A stretch of 64,000 nucleotides of DNA from Candidatus Xenobia bacterium (lineage in GTDB: Bacteria; Vulcanimicrobiota; Xenobia; Xenobiales; QWHO01), in assembly GCA_045863235.1 (NCBI GenBank), contig BTUM01000001.1:333106-397105 (forward strand), in the 5' to 3' direction. How positions within the stretch are numbered: position 1 is the stretch's first letter; each line of letters starts with the position of its first letter. The position numbers were made by a program, and so were the translations under genes. The notes beneath the pieces are model-generated. The model was not told the origin of the DNA, searched no databases, and saw only the letters and a program-made list of their open reading frames with translations. Positions 48,938-58,441 of the stretch are shown here, piece after piece.

Positions 48938-49819
48938 GTGAGATCATTTGCATATCTATTGCTGGCCAGCCTGGTGCTGGCCAGCCTGCTTCGCCCCGCT
49001 GCCGCTGAGAACGGCAATCCGGCCATGGAAGGTCCAATGGCGTCGTTCTACGCCCAGAAATGGGATGACGCGATCACTGGCTTCGAGGCTGTCCTTGACC
49101 AGGACCCTCAAAACACGATGGCCATGGCCTTCTATCTGGACTCTTACTTTCACAAACGAGACATCAACGGAGTCATCAACAAGATCGAGCAGCGTGCCGT
49201 CTCTGGTGGCGACAGCCCGGTGCTGCAGGCTCACCTGGGAATGGCCTACTTCCTGCGCGGGCGGCTGATGCCAAACGTGCTCGAAGAAGCCCTCAGCGAG
49301 TTCAAGCAAGCCCTCAAGGACGACCCCAACCAGGCGATGGCTCACTGCGGAATGGGCCTGGTCTACTTCCAGAAGCGCATGATGCCCCGCGCCAAAGGTT
49401 ACTTTATCAAGGCGCTGCGCCTCAACCCGCACGATACGATGGCCATGGAGCAACTGGGCAACATTCTGCTGGTCGATGAAAAGAAGGCCGGAGACGCCCT
49501 GCAGCTCTTCCAGCGCATCAACGCCGAGCTGCCCACCTATCCGGACGGCTACTACTACACCGGGTCGAGTTACTTCGATCTGCAGAACTACGACCAGGCC
49601 ATCGCGCACCTGATCAAAGCACTGGAGCTCGACCCCAATGGCATCACCATGGGCTACGACTCAGCCTGCCTGCTGGGTGACTGCTACATGAAGGTAAACC
49701 GCTATCCTGAGGCCATCGCAGCTTACGAGCAGGCCAAGAAGATTCATCCCGACAGCCAGTACGTCGCCATCAAGATCAAGAAGGCGAAAGAGCAGTCCGC
49801 GGGCGGCGGAACCAAGTAG
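48938..49819 (+). CDS. Exported TPR-repeat protein
   Basis: Signal peptide; multiple TPR units (AHCGMGLVY...ALRLNP). Confidence 0.85.
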   Translation: MRSFAYLLLASLVLASLLRPAAAENGNPAMEGPMASFYAQKWDDAITGFEAVLDQDPQNTMAMAFYLDSYFHKRDINGVINKIEQRAVSGGDSPVLQAHLGMAYFLRGRLMPNVLEEALSEFKQALKDDPNQAMAHCGMGLVYFQKRMMPRAKGYFIKALRLNPHDTMAMEQLGNILLVDEKKAGDALQLFQRINAELPTYPDGYYYTGSSYFDLQNYDQAIAHLIKALELDPNGITMGYDSACLLGDCYMKVNRYPEAIAAYEQAKKIHPDSQYVAIKIKKAKEQSAGGGTK

Positions 49820-49825
49820 GCTTTC

Positions 49826-50431
49826 TCAGGAAACCTGGGACCGTCCCTGCAGGGCTCTTCCCAGGGTCAGCTCATCGGCGTACTCCAGGTCGGCTCCCAT
49901 AGGGAGCCCCTGGGCCAGGCGGGTCACCTTAAGTTGGGGCCGAACTGCCAGCAGCCGCTGCAGGTAAAGAGCAGTGGCCTCACCTGAAACCGTGGGGTTG
50001 GTGGCCAGGATGAGCTCTTCGAGCGGCTCTCTTTCCAGACGCTCGAACAGGGATGTGATAGCCAGTTGGTCAGGCCCGATCCCATCCATGGGTGAGATCA
50101 AACCACCCAGAACGTGATAGCGACCACGGAATTCGCCGGTACGCTCGAGGGCGGCGATGTCCCGCGCCTCCCCGACCACGCAGAGCAAGGCTGGATCGCG
50201 CCGCGGGTCGCGGCATACAGAGCACTCGGGCTGATCGGAGTAGTTCCCGCAACGCTCGCAAGCGCGCATCCGGGAGCGCAACTCGGTCAGAGCGCGGGCC
50301 AGGCCTTCGACATCCTCCAGAGGAGCCTTGAGCAGGTGGAAGGCCAGACGACTCGCCGTCTTCGGCCCCACAGTCGGCAACTTGAGCAGGGCTTCCACCA
50401 GGCGCTCGAGTGGCTCGGGGTACTCGTACAC
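49826..50431 (-). CDS. recR: Recombination mediator RecR
   Basis: LPTVGPKTA.RLA, C4 zinc finger, YHVLGG.ISP, ATNPT..GEATA. Confidence 0.97.
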   Translation of the reverse strand: MYEYPEPLERLVEALLKLPTVGPKTASRLAFHLLKAPLEDVEGLARALTELRSRMRACERCGNYSDQPECSVCRDPRRDPALLCVVGEARDIAALERTGEFRGRYHVLGGLISPMDGIGPDQLAITSLFERLEREPLEELILATNPTVSGEATALYLQRLLAVRPQLKVTRLAQGLPMGADLEYADELTLGRALQGRSQVS

Positions 50432-50437
50432 TCTGGC

Positions 50438-50770
50438 CTAGAAGAGTCCCGGGGGAAGAGGCAGACCGGCCGTGAGCTGGGCCATCTTGTCCTGAGACAG
50501 AGTACGCGCCTTATCAAGCGCGTCCTTGACTGCGGCGAAGACCAGGTCTTCCAGCATCTCTACATCATCCGGGTCGACCGCTTCCTTCTTGATCTTCACC
50601 GAGAGAATCTGCTGCTGACCGTTGACCCGCACGGTCACCATTCCCTGACCGGCGCTGCCCTCGACTTCAGACTTCTCGAGCTCATCTTGCATCTGCTGCA
50701 TCTGGCCCATCGAGTTCTGCAGCTTGGCCTGCATCTTCTGCATTTTCTTCATGATCTGTCTTTGCATCAT
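50438..50770 (-). CDS. ybaB: YbaB/EbfC nucleoid-associated protein
   Basis: [24 protein letters not shown]. Confidence 0.95.
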   Translation of the reverse strand: MMQRQIMKKMQKMQAKLQNSMGQMQQMQDELEKSEVEGSAGQGMVTVRVNGQQQILSVKIKKEAVDPDDVEMLEDLVFAAVKDALDKARTLSQDKMAQLTAGLPLPPGLF

Positions 50771-50780
50771 TAACTCCCTC

Positions 50781-51170
50781 TCAGGCCTCGGCGAAGACCT
50801 GGTTGATCACTTCCACCAGCTCGTCGAGATTGAACGGCTTTACCATGTAAGAGCTGACCCCCATCTGGTAACCCTTGAGAACATCCTGGTGCTGATCGCG
50901 CGCTGTGAGCATGATGACGGGAAGCTTCTCGGTCTCAGGCTTGCGACGCAGGTTCTCGAGCACCTCAAAACCATCCATCTCCGGCATCATCACGTCGAGC
51001 ACCACGAGGTCGGGTCGCTCTGACTCCACCAGTGCCAGGGCCTCGGCGCCACCTGAGGCAGTCTTGACCGAGAACTCCTCCAGCTCGAGGTATTGCGCCA
51101 ACGAACGCAGGATATGCTCGTCGTCGTCCACGACCAGAACTTTGCGTGAGCTCATCTCCATCCACCTCAA
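50781..51170 (-). CDS. Single-domain response regulator (receiver only)
   Basis: [26 protein letters not shown]. Confidence 0.9.
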   Translation of the reverse strand: MRWMEMSSRKVLVVDDDEHILRSLAQYLELEEFSVKTASGGAEALALVESERPDLVVLDVMMPEMDGFEVLENLRRKPETEKLPVIMLTARDQHQDVLKGYQMGVSSYMVKPFNLDELVEVINQVFAEA

Positions 51171-53236
51171 CCTTCTCCTGGCAGAACCTCACCGGGCAAG
51201 ACCCGGCGAGCCCTCTGCACGAAACTCTCGTGCTCGTCGACCGGTTCGCTCGCTCGCCCCGACCGTCCTTGCTGGGGAGTCTGGGGCATGCTATTGACCA
51301 CGACGGGACGACCCACCAACTCGCGAGCCACCTGCTCGAGAGCCAGGCGCATCGGTCCCCCTGTCTTGATCTGCTCACCGTGCCAGCCCTGATAGAACTG
51401 CTCGGACAGGCCAAGCACCAGCTTTTCCCCAACCTCCACCACACGAGCCTCGACCAGCACCGAGTGCAACCTCTGATCGAGCTTCTTAGCCCGAAGTAGC
51501 AGCTGATTTCGAATTTCGCGCAGGTCGGAGAGATCGGCCAGCAGCCCTGCGCTTTCCGAGATACTGGCAGCAGATCCCTGCACCGGCGGGGATGGATTCC
51601 GGGCCGCCGGCTGAAGTTTTCCCTCGATAGAACGGTCTTCGACCGAAGAGGTCCGGAGGCCCTCAGCCGAAGCTACAAGTCGCTCCAACGATTGACCCTC
51701 AACTGAGGCTGCAGGTCGTTCCACCGGCCGACTCTCAACTGGAGCTGCAGCTCGTTCCACCGGCCGACTCTCAACTGGAGCTGCAGGTCGTTCCACCGGC
51801 CTGTCAACCGGAACCGCAGGTCGCTCCACCGGCCGACTCTCAACGGGAGCTGCAGCTCGTTCCACCGGCCGACCCTCAACTGAGGCTGCAGGTCGTTCCA
51901 CCGGCCTGTCAACCGGAACTGCAGGTCGCTCCACACTGTCAACTGGAGCTGCAGGTCGCTCCACACTGTCAACTGGAGCTGCAGGTCGCTCGGTGGGCCG
52001 CTCCACCGGCCGACTCTCCAGCAAAGCTGCAGGCCGTTCCAGCGGATCGTCAACCGAACGCCCGCCTCCAGTTCCAGCCGAGCGGACCGGTGCGCCCCGC
52101 TCCAAGCGGTCGACACGGGCAAGCAGGGCTTCCATCCCGGTATCGAGCTCAGGACAGGCCATCCGTACCAGGTAAATCTCCCACAGCATCAGAAGGTCGG
52201 AAAACTCCCGCGCCTGCTCGGCCATCTCGAGGCTAAGCCGCAGCCAGGCCATCACCTGACCACGCCCGATGTTCCCCGCAAGTCGCTCGAGAGCCTCACG
52301 CTCATGCTCGAGCCGTTGCTCGAGCATGGTGTCGCTGGCCCCGGCCTGCAGCAACAGCAAAGTGCGCAGCACGTCCTGAAAGGAAAAGAGCAAACGCTTG
52401 AGATCCAGACCCCGCTCAGCCATCACCTTCAAGAGATCAAGCGCCTGACCAGCCTGCCCGGCCGACAACGCCAGCGTCAAACGCTCCATCTGCTCGATCC
52501 CGACCAGGCCCAGGATCGACTCAGCCTGTTCTCCCGACACGCTGGTGCCAGCGTAAGCCACGCACTGCTCAAGAAAGACCAGAGCGTCGCGCAATGAGCC
52601 ATCGGCCGCTCGAGCCACCAGGTTGGCAGCGTCCGCGTCCAGGCTGAGTCCCTCAGCCACGGCTACGTCCAGCACGTGCTGGCGAATGCGAGCCAGCGGT
52701 AGCGCGCGGAAATCGTAGCGCTGGCAACGGGACAAGATGGTGGGAAGCACCTCATGCGGGTGAGTGGTAGCCAGAATGAAAACCACGTGAGAGGGTGGCT
52801 CTTCCAGGGTTTTGAGCAGGGCATTGAAAGACGCTCCGCTGAGCTTGTGGACCTCATCGATGATGTACACCTTGAAGCGAGCCGAGACCGGCGAAAAATG
52901 CACCTTGTCGACAATGAAGTCTCGAATCTTCTCGACCTGGGTATGAGAAGCGGCGTCGATCTCGAGCACGTCAAGACAGGACCCTTCTGTGATCTGGCGA
53001 CAGAGAGAGCATTCGTTACAGGGATCATAGCTCGGCCCGCGCTCACAATTCAGGGCCTTGGCAAAGATACGAGCGGAACTGGTCTTGCCCGTACCCCGAG
53101 GGCCGCAGAAAAGATAGGCACGTGCCGGAGAGCCGCTGCCCAAAACATTGCGCAGAGTCTGAACGACCGCTTCCTGGCCGACCAGATCCTGGAAGCGCTG
53201 CGAGCGCCATTTGCGAAACAAGGAAACCGTAGACAT
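51167..53236 (-). CDS. dnaX: DNA polymerase III subunit gamma/tau
   Basis: LVGQE, GPRGTGKTS, EIDAAS, IIDEVH, LLKTLEEPP, SRCQ. Confidence 0.96.
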   Translation of the reverse strand: MSTVSLFRKWRSQRFQDLVGQEAVVQTLRNVLGSGSPARAYLFCGPRGTGKTSSARIFAKALNCERGPSYDPCNECSLCRQITEGSCLDVLEIDAASHTQVEKIRDFIVDKVHFSPVSARFKVYIIDEVHKLSGASFNALLKTLEEPPSHVVFILATTHPHEVLPTILSRCQRYDFRALPLARIRQHVLDVAVAEGLSLDADAANLVARAADGSLRDALVFLEQCVAYAGTSVSGEQAESILGLVGIEQMERLTLALSAGQAGQALDLLKVMAERGLDLKRLLFSFQDVLRTLLLLQAGASDTMLEQRLEHEREALERLAGNIGRGQVMAWLRLSLEMAEQAREFSDLLMLWEIYLVRMACPELDTGMEALLARVDRLERGAPVRSAGTGGGRSVDDPLERPAALLESRPVERPTERPAAPVDSVERPAAPVDSVERPAVPVDRPVERPAASVEGRPVERAAAPVESRPVERPAVPVDRPVERPAAPVESRPVERAAAPVESRPVERPAASVEGQSLERLVASAEGLRTSSVEDRSIEGKLQPAARNPSPPVQGSAASISESAGLLADLSDLREIRNQLLLRAKKLDQRLHSVLVEARVVEVGEKLVLGLSEQFYQGWHGEQIKTGGPMRLALEQVARELVGRPVVVNSMPQTPQQGRSGRASEPVDEHESFVQRARRVLPGEVLPGEG
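51680..52045 (-). repeat. In-frame minisatellite in dnaX: about 10 units of 30/33/36 bp encoding (P)VER(P/A)A(A/V)(P/S)V(E/D)xx
   Basis: Recurring plus-strand ...tcaactggagctgcaggtcg(t/c)tccac...; all unit lengths are multiples of 3. Confidence 0.9.
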
Positions 53237-53280
53237 GCCCTGCAAGTCTTCGCAACCGAGCGCCCTGGCCCTCTCGATGA

Positions 53281-54177
53281 TTACATCACGGATGCGCGCG
53301 CCGGGGGCTCGAGCCTCTCTCCCAGGTAGATCAACAACTCCACCAGGCGCTCAAGCTCGTCAGCATTAGAATAGGCCAGTTCGATGTGACCCCTGCCTTT
53401 GGTCCGCGGACGAATGCGCACAACACTGCCTAACTTGTGCTCAAGATGTGCCTGGATGTCCATCCAGTCAGGAGTAAGGTTGGCACGTGTGGAGCCGTTC
53501 CTTATCGGTCGCGCCCAGTTGGCCACCATGGCCTCAGCCTGCCGAACCGAGCAAGACAGCTTGCGCATGGCTGACCAGGCCTCCATCTGCTTGTGCTCAG
53601 AATCAAGAGACAGAAGCGTGCGAGCGTGACCGGAGCTGAGTACCCCCTGCTCGAGATCGAGCTTGACCGGCTCGGGCAAGGCCAGCAACCGCAGCGCATT
53701 GGTGACAGCCGGGCGCGAGCGGCCCAACCGGTTGGCCAGCTCCTCCTGAGTCCACCCATGCTCGCGAAGCAAGAAGGCGTAGGCCTGGGCCTCCTCGATC
53801 GGGTTGAGGTCGTCGCGCTGGATATTCTCAATCAGGGCGACTTCCAGCAGTCTGGGGCCGGCCATCTCACGAATAAGCGCCGGAATGGTGCTCAACCCGG
53901 CGAGGCGCGCGGCCCGACAACGACGTTCCCCGACCACGAGACGAAAACCGTCCCCTTCACGGGTAACCACTACTGGCTGAACGACCCCGTACTCCCGTAT
54001 CGAAGCCGCTAGCTCTTGCAGTTTTTCTTCGTCAAACCGCCGTCTGGGCTGGAGGGGATTTTCCCGCAAAAGCTCCAAAGAGATTTCCGAGACCGCCCCC
54101 TGGGCCGCCACCGACTGAGTCTCTGTACTATCCTGCAAGAGCGCCGACAAGCCGCGCCCCAGAGCCTGCTTTTTCAC
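53281..54177 (-). CDS. parB: ParB/Spo0J partition protein
   Basis: (M)KKQALGRGL, NPLQPRR.F, GERRCRAA, ENIQRDDLNPIEEA, HTH. Confidence 0.96.
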   Translation of the reverse strand: MKKQALGRGLSALLQDSTETQSVAAQGAVSEISLELLRENPLQPRRRFDEEKLQELAASIREYGVVQPVVVTREGDGFRLVVGERRCRAARLAGLSTIPALIREMAGPRLLEVALIENIQRDDLNPIEEAQAYAFLLREHGWTQEELANRLGRSRPAVTNALRLLALPEPVKLDLEQGVLSSGHARTLLSLDSEHKQMEAWSAMRKLSCSVRQAEAMVANWARPIRNGSTRANLTPDWMDIQAHLEHKLGSVVRIRPRTKGRGHIELAYSNADELERLVELLIYLGERLEPPARASVM

Positions 54178-54928
54178 GAGCCAACACCTCCCTGGCAAGT
54201 TCGAGATAGGCCTGAGCCCCTCGTGATGAAAAGTCGTAGTCCAGCACCGACTGACCAAAGCTCGGCGCCTCGGCCAGCTTGACATTCCGAGGAATCACAG
54301 TAGTGAAGACGCGCTCTCCGAAGTGACGACGCACTTCTTCCGCGACCTGCTCGGAAAGGTTCAGTCGACTATCGTGCAGGGTCAGGAGAACTCCACCGAT
54401 CCTGAGCGCCGGGTTGACGTGCGCCGTCACCAACTCGACCACGTTCATCAACTGAGTGATCCCTTCCAGGGCATAAAACTCGCACTGAATGGGAACCAGC
54501 ACTTCGGTGGCGGCAGACAGGGCATTCATCGTCAAGATGCCCAGAGAGGGTGGACAATCAAGCAAAATCTTGTCATAGGCAGACTCCACCCGCGTCAGTG
54601 CCCGAGCCAATCGCTGCTCGCGCGCCACCACCGAAACCATCTCGATCTCAGCTCCCGCCAGACGCAAGGTAGCCGGCAGAATGTCGAGATTTTCCTGAAT
54701 CTTGCGAATCGCCTGCCCGGGAGGACACTGGTCGAGGAGTACGTCGTAGATACAACACTCCAGCGTGCTTTTACTGACACCGAGCCCACTGGTGGTATTT
54801 CCCTGGGGGTCCACGTCCACAACCAGCACTCGACTTCCGGAGCGGGCCAGTGCGGCCCCCAGGTTAACCGCAGTGGTCGACTTTCCCACTCCACCCTTCT
54901 GGTTCGTGATTGCGATGATCTTGGCCAT
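54128..54928 (-). CDS. parA: ParA/Soj ATPase
   Basis: NQKGGVGKSTTA, D.DPQGN, DCPPSLG, IPRNVKLAEAPS. Confidence 0.97.
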   Translation of the reverse strand: MAKIIAITNQKGGVGKSTTAVNLGAALARSGSRVLVVDVDPQGNTTSGLGVSKSTLECCIYDVLLDQCPPGQAIRKIQENLDILPATLRLAGAEIEMVSVVAREQRLARALTRVESAYDKILLDCPPSLGILTMNALSAATEVLVPIQCEFYALEGITQLMNVVELVTAHVNPALRIGGVLLTLHDSRLNLSEQVAEEVRRHFGERVFTTVIPRNVKLAEAPSFGQSVLDYDFSSRGAQAYLELAREVLAREKAGSGARLVGALAG

Positions 54929-54949
54929 AGTTGCTACCTCCAGGGACCT

Positions 54950-54965
54950 TGTTTCACGTGAAACT
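54950..54965. other. parS centromere-like site
   Basis: TGTTTCACGTGAAACT, 15/16 match to TGTTTCACGTGAAACA. Confidence 0.9.
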
Positions 54966-55066
54966 TTCTCCATCTAGATTGAATAACCTTCAGGACTGAC
55001 ATGACCATCAGGGCAGGAAACTGGTTAGAAAGTAGGAACACATTGGCCCGGAGGGAAGGCGCCCGC

Positions 55067-56584
55067 ATGGATGAAGCACTTGATTCCAGGTTTGAGCTGG
55101 TCGTGGTCGAGGGGGGCGGTCAAGGAGGCCGGCACTATCTCAATCGCAACCGCGTGACGCTGGGACGGCACGACCCGGGGGACGAAGTCCAACCCGGTGT
55201 ACTGGCCTTTCCCGAGCCAACAGTCAGCCGCGTTCACGCTGTCCTGGAGTGGGATGCGCGAAAGCATCGTTACCTCTTAATCCATCGCTCGCGCACCAAC
55301 CACACGATTCTGAACGGAACAGACATGGATCAGCCTCAACTTCTGCAGGCCGGCGACAAGATCAAGCTCGGTCGTCTCGTGCTCGAAGTCCGCCAGGTAG
55401 ACCCCCGAGAAACACCGGTTGAAGAGGCGGCCCCGGAATTCATCCCCGACAGTGGCTACTATCTCGTGGCCCTTCTCGGGCCTTCCCGCGGGGAGTTGTA
55501 CCCGCTCAATTACACCCAGCTGATGCTGTGCGAACCTCCCACCGAACCCACAACCCGTCCCGGAATCTATGTTCCCAGCATCGGGGATGTGCGTGCCACC
55601 GTGCTCCACCAGGGGTCCGAGCTCTGCATCGAGTCCAAACGAGGAGAGAGGCCGCTGGTGATCCGCAACCAGGAAGCTTTGACCACCGAGTGGGTGGTTG
55701 GAACCGACGCGCATTTTGCCCTCTTCAAGGACGATCTCCTGGTCTGCGGCAAGGTTGCCTTCCTTTGCTGCGATACTGTAGGAGCAGGACGTTGCACCGA
55801 AGCCCACGAGAATGGCCAGCTCGATTCTGTCCACCCGCTCCTGACCCAGCTTCACCCGGAGCAAGATCCTGTTTTTCAGGGAGTGGAGCCGCAACAGATC
55901 CGGATCCTCTCTGGAGCCTACCGGGGATCTCACGTGTGGATCCGCCCGGACAAACTCACCGCACCTTTATCCATTGGCAAGGCGAGCGGCGAACCAGCCC
56001 CCCTGATCCCGCTCCCGGACAAGACGGCGGGTCGCCTGGAGATCGACTTCGAGCCCGGTCGGCTGGTCGTTCGCAACACGGACGAGACAGTGCGGATCAC
56101 CCACAACTGGGATCTCCTGACCCCAGGAGAAGAGTCCTATGCTGTGAGCGGCGACCGATTCGTGCTCGGCCGCACGGTCGTACGTTATGAGATGGCTCCC
56201 ATTCAAAGCCGCGTTGACCGTCTCTCCATCGCATTCCAGGACCAGGAGTTGCCTCTCCTGCGGCAGGAGAATGTCCTGGGCTATCGCACCGAGAGCGACC
56301 TGCGCATTGACGACCGTCGCCTGAGTCCCAGCCATGCCGTCATCCGGGTCGACGCGGAAGGGGTCTACTATCGACACCAGCACAAAGAGACCCCAGCCCG
56401 CCTCGGCTCCCAGGAGATCAAGGCCGGCCAGGAGGTGCCCCTGAACGTGGGCGACGAAGTTGAGATTCTCAGCGGCCTGACCATCCGCCTGATCGAGCGA
56501 ACCCTGAAAGTCGACCTGACCGAGCCCATGCTGATCGGCCCCACGCAGGCGGAGATCGACGCCAGTCGGGGGAGCACCAGCTGA
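55067..56584 (+). CDS. Multi-FHA-domain protein
   Basis: First FHA: LGR...VSRVHA...RTNHT.LNG...GDKIKLG; C-terminal FHA-like LSPSHA...GDEV; middle units degenerate. Confidence 0.8.
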   Translation: MDEALDSRFELVVVEGGGQGGRHYLNRNRVTLGRHDPGDEVQPGVLAFPEPTVSRVHAVLEWDARKHRYLLIHRSRTNHTILNGTDMDQPQLLQAGDKIKLGRLVLEVRQVDPRETPVEEAAPEFIPDSGYYLVALLGPSRGELYPLNYTQLMLCEPPTEPTTRPGIYVPSIGDVRATVLHQGSELCIESKRGERPLVIRNQEALTTEWVVGTDAHFALFKDDLLVCGKVAFLCCDTVGAGRCTEAHENGQLDSVHPLLTQLHPEQDPVFQGVEPQQIRILSGAYRGSHVWIRPDKLTAPLSIGKASGEPAPLIPLPDKTAGRLEIDFEPGRLVVRNTDETVRITHNWDLLTPGEESYAVSGDRFVLGRTVVRYEMAPIQSRVDRLSIAFQDQELPLLRQENVLGYRTESDLRIDDRRLSPSHAVIRVDAEGVYYRHQHKETPARLGSQEIKAGQEVPLNVGDEVEILSGLTIRLIERTLKVDLTEPMLIGPTQAEIDASRGSTS

Positions 56585-57537
56585 ACGAAGTCGCGATCGG
56601 AGTGGGAGCCGTCCTGGCAGCTCTGGGGGGAGCCGTCTGGATCCGTTCCCGACGCAAGACTGCCTCGCGTGATCCCGATGCCCCGCCTCTGCGGGCCCCG
56701 CTCCCTCAACGCAACAAACTGGGGAAATATTTGCTCGGGGATATCATCGCCGACGGAGGTACAGCCACCGTCTATCGGGCCACCGACGACGAAGGCCACA
56801 TTCTGGCGGTCAAGATTCCCCACGCCGATCTTCTGACTTCCAAAGAATTCGTAGCCACCTTCCACCACGAAGCCTCCATCGGAGAGACCTTGCGTCACCC
56901 GAGTATCGTGGCCGTCCTGGAAGTGGGGCAGTATCAAGCCGGAGGCTACAAGAAGATCCCTTACTTTGTCATGGAGTATCTCGACGGCCAGGACTTGCGA
57001 AGCATCATTCGCAGCCGGGGTCGACTCCCGCCCCAGGAGGCAGCCCGCATCACCCGATCCATCGCCGACGCGCTCGACTGGGCCCACCACCGCGGAGTCA
57101 CTCACCGCGACATCTCTCCACGCAATATTTTCGTGACTCGCCAGAAGCGGGTCAAGGTGATGGACTTTGGCATCTCTACAGTGCAGTCGCGCGTCACTCA
57201 CAAGAGGACCAAGGCTCTCTCCCTGGGCACGCCCGAGTATCTCGCTCCAGAGCGAATCAACGACCCGGCCTCGGCCGACTCTCGATCCGACCTGTACAGC
57301 CTGGGCTGCGTGCTCTTTGAAATGCTGCACGGGCATCCGCCTTTCGTGGCGCCTACTCCGGTCGAGACTCTCAAGATGCATCGCAAGGCGCCGGTACCCG
57401 AGCCCCACCCGAGTCTGGACCTGCCTCCCGGTCTCTGGCCCATTTTGCTCAAACTGCTCGAGAAGAATCCCGAAAAACGTTTCCAGAGCGCCGGAGCAGT
57501 CACCAGCGCCCTGGCCGACATCGCTCCCGACAGCTAA
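56581..57537 (+). CDS. Hanks-type Ser/Thr protein kinase with N-terminal membrane anchor (start CTG 56581 or GTG 56602)
   Basis: DGGTATVY, AVK, MEYLDG, HRDISPRN, DFG, GTPEYLAPE, DLYSLG. Confidence 0.92.
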   Translation: MNEVAIGVGAVLAALGGAVWIRSRRKTASRDPDAPPLRAPLPQRNKLGKYLLGDIIADGGTATVYRATDDEGHILAVKIPHADLLTSKEFVATFHHEASIGETLRHPSIVAVLEVGQYQAGGYKKIPYFVMEYLDGQDLRSIIRSRGRLPPQEAARITRSIADALDWAHHRGVTHRDISPRNIFVTRQKRVKVMDFGISTVQSRVTHKRTKALSLGTPEYLAPERINDPASADSRSDLYSLGCVLFEMLHGHPPFVAPTPVETLKMHRKAPVPEPHPSLDLPPGLWPILLKLLEKNPEKRFQSAGAVTSALADIAPDS

Positions 57538-57736
57538 TGTGCTCGCACTTTGGTTTTGCCCATGAGCACAATCTGACGAACGCGCCGGAACTGCTTTCCA
57601 GCGCGTTGTACAGTGTAAGACCAAAGGCCTTGCACTTTAGAAGTCCGGCCGCAAAGCCAGGGGCACGCTCTCGGGGGCCCCTGCCCCGCCTTCGCAGAAC
57701 CAGATTACCAGCCCGGTAGCAGGCTCGAAGTCAAGC

Positions 57737-58441
57737 TCACAGGGGTTGCCGGGCCGGCACTCCCGGACGTCGGGGGTAACGAGCCGGGGTGCGGGCCACC
57801 TTGCGTACGCGGCACAGCCAGCGATCACGGCCCTCGAGATGATACCCGATCGGCTCCTCCAGCTCGCCCCCGAGCTCACGCAAAGCATTCTGGGAGGCTC
57901 GCTGCTCCTCCAACCCGGCCGGCCCCTTGAACGCCAGCAAAAGCCCCCCGCGACCCAGCAAGGGCAAGGCCAGCTCGATGAGGACAGGCAGCGGAGCCAG
58001 CGCCTTGGCAACGCAGAACTGGGCCCGACCTCGCCGAGCCGGGTCGTGCCCCAGCGCTTCGGCCCGCTCACAGAGTACCTGCGCTCTCTCCTGGAGCCCC
58101 AGAGGCCCGAGAACCTCTTGTACGAAACCACCCTTGCGGCGGTTGGACTCCACCAGCCACCAGGTCGTCGTTGGGCAGGCCAGAGCCAGAGGAATGCCGG
58201 GAACGCCTGCCCCGCATCCCAGGTCGACGACCAGGCCCTCCGGCAGGTGAGGAGCAGCCGCCAGAGAGTCCAAGATGAGCTCGCGCAACTGGTCGTGCGG
58301 GTCGCGCAGACCGGTCAAACCAACTGGAGAGGCGTCCACTCGAGCTCGGTAGTCGAGCAGGCGATCGAGCACCGGAGACGCGAGCTCAAGGCCAAGGGCA
58401 TCAATGCCCTTCTGCAACTCGCTGGCTAGACTGTCTGGCAC
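57737..58441 (-). CDS. rsmG: 16S rRNA m7G methyltransferase RsmG (GidB)
   Basis: DLGCGAGVPGIPLA, ERAE, TPARYPRRPG. Confidence 0.93.
   Translation of the reverse strand: MPDSLASELQKGIDALGLELASPVLDRLLDYRARVDASPVGLTGLRDPHDQLRELILDSLAAAPHLPEGLVVDLGCGAGVPGIPLALACPTTTWWLVESNRRKGGFVQEVLGPLGLQERAQVLCERAEALGHDPARRGRAQFCVAKALAPLPVLIELALPLLGRGGLLLAFKGPAGLEEQRASQNALRELGGELEEPIGYHLEGRDRWLCRVRKVARTPARYPRRPGVPARQPL

Noticed and set aside
51680..52045. 30-36 bp periodic repeat as a CRISPR array
   Set aside because: No unique spacers, units are in-frame within dnaX, and there are no cas genes.
53237..53280. SRP RNA (ffs), often found upstream of dnaX
   Set aside because: Only 44 bp separate parB and dnaX, with no SRP motif.
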